DNA of 64,000 nt from Octopus bimaculoides (Eukaryota). The first letter of the stretch is position 1, and the number at the start of each line of letters is the position of its first letter. The notes beneath the pieces are model-generated. The model was not told the origin of the DNA and searched no databases. It was given only the letters and a program-made list of their open reading frames with translations. Shown here piece by piece: positions 62,576 through 64,000 of the stretch. The position numbers and the translations under genes were made by a program. The stretch is from NCBI RefSeq assembly GCF_001194135.2, contig NC_068992.1:33423715-33487714 (forward strand), given 5' to 3'.

Positions 62576-64000
62576 AGTAGTTTTATTTTTATAGCATGCT
62601 TTCACTTCACTACCGAGTGCAGCTCTGTGTGCCTTGGGTATGTGCTGTGGTTTTCTGTGATGATCTTATGGTTACTGAATTGAAAGTGTTTTGCGTAGGA
62701 TGTGTGCAGTGCCCAGTAGTGCAATTTTCTGTATGTTATAGATACTCGTAAGTCCTGGTATTTTTGTTATGTTTTTATTTGTTTGAATATTTTTTTTATC
62801 ATACCTAATGTGCCTACTATGATAGGAATTGTTTCTGTTTTTAGATTCCACATTCGAGTTACCTCTATTTCCAGGCCTTTGAATTTTGAAAGTTTCTCCA
62901 TTTCTTTTAGGGAAACGTTGTCATCTGCTGGTATTGATACATCAATTAGAAAGCATTTCTTTTCTTCATGATCTCTGACAACTATATCTGGCCTATTGAC
63001 CTTAATTTCTCTATCTGTGTGCATTGGCATGTCCCATAGTATGGTTGCTTTCTCGTTTTCTGTTACCTTTTCTGGCGTGTGTTTATACCATCTTTTTTTC
63101 TGTTGTTATTCCATAGTGTTGGCATAGCTTCCCGTATATGTAGGTCCCATCTCTGTCGTGTCTGTGAATATATTCCTTCTTAGCTAGGACTGGGCAGCCA
63201 GAGATAATATGATTTATTGTTTCTTGTCCATCACCACATATTCTGAAGTTACTTGTTATGTTTCTTTTCACCAGAAATTGCCAATTGTTCTTGGCAATTT
63301 CTGGTGGGGAGGCTTTGGTCTTGTGCAGCAATTAAAAATCCTTCAGTCTCTACTTTGAGTCCTGAGCTTCTCAACCATTGCTGGGATTTTTCTCTGTCTA
63401 TTTCTTTTGCATTTATTTTAGCCCAGTATTTGCCACGAAGGGGCTTTTCTTGCCATCGTTTTATCAGTCCATTGCTGTTCTAGTTTTAGTTTGGATTTCA
63501 TTTGTTTTATGGCTTTTCTTCTTCTTCTTCTTCTTCTTCTTCTTCTTCTTCTTCTTCTTCTTCTTCTTCATATTTGTTAGGTAGTATGATTTCTTGTTTG
63601 TATTTGTCAGCTTCCTTAAATACTGAAAACAGCTTTTTGTTTTGCTCGTGCTTTGTGGCTATTTGTATTAGTTTTCCTTGCATCTGAAGTAGGTATTTTT
63701 GCAGTCCTATGGGGGTTATTTTATAATAGTTTTCTAGCTGTATAAGGCCTCTGCCATCTTTTGTACGTTGTGTGTATATATAGCCTTTCTAAGTCAGATT
63801 TTGGGTGGTGCATACTAGATCCTGTCATTATTTTTCTTGTCTATTTTGGTGAGTTCATTTAGTGTCCAGTTAAGGATATTGTAGCTGTAACTTATAACTG
63901 AGACAGCTAAAGTGTTAATACCTATTATCTTGTTTTTAGCATTGAGCTCTGTTTTTAGTATTGAGCTAACTCGTCTATAGCATTCTTTCTTTATTTTCTC
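62576..64000 (-). mobile_element. R4/Dong-like RLE LINE (runs off the window end)
   Basis: CRICGDGQETINHIISGCPVLAKKEYIHRHD; RPDIVVRD..LIDVSIP..KLSKFK; IPIIVGTLG; KIALLGTAHILRK; (TAA)n immediately 3'. Confidence 0.95.

Overview
AT-rich, microsatellite-dense eukaryotic DNA with six assembly gaps (18581-18596, 22018-22105, 33668-34214, 43100-43109, 51702-52532, 58247-58367). The repeat families look like those of an Octopus/coleoid cephalopod genome; this is an inference from remembered repeat sequences, not a search. I could not identify any intact host gene. The window is mostly decayed, often nested transposons: RTE LINEs with (GAT)n tails, three R4/Dong-like RLE LINEs next to (TAA)n tracts, an RTE-BovB-like LINE, Penelope-like elements, two mariners, a maT-like Tc1/mariner, a Chapaev3-like element with TIRs and a TTA target-site duplication (TSD), a rearranged non-autonomous Helitron, and several SINE families. 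The most notable signal is a set of small hammerhead-ribozyme (HHR)-bearing repeats in inverted or fold-back arrangements, clustered at 19.3-22.0 kb. One of them (21491-21546, minus strand) has an intact catalytic core inside a ~336-nt retrozyme-like unit. Also notable are a tRNA-headed SINE with an HHR remnant in its tail, which bounds a TSD-flanked composite insertion inside a mariner, and a near-perfect 80-bp-arm hairpin at 54422-54586.
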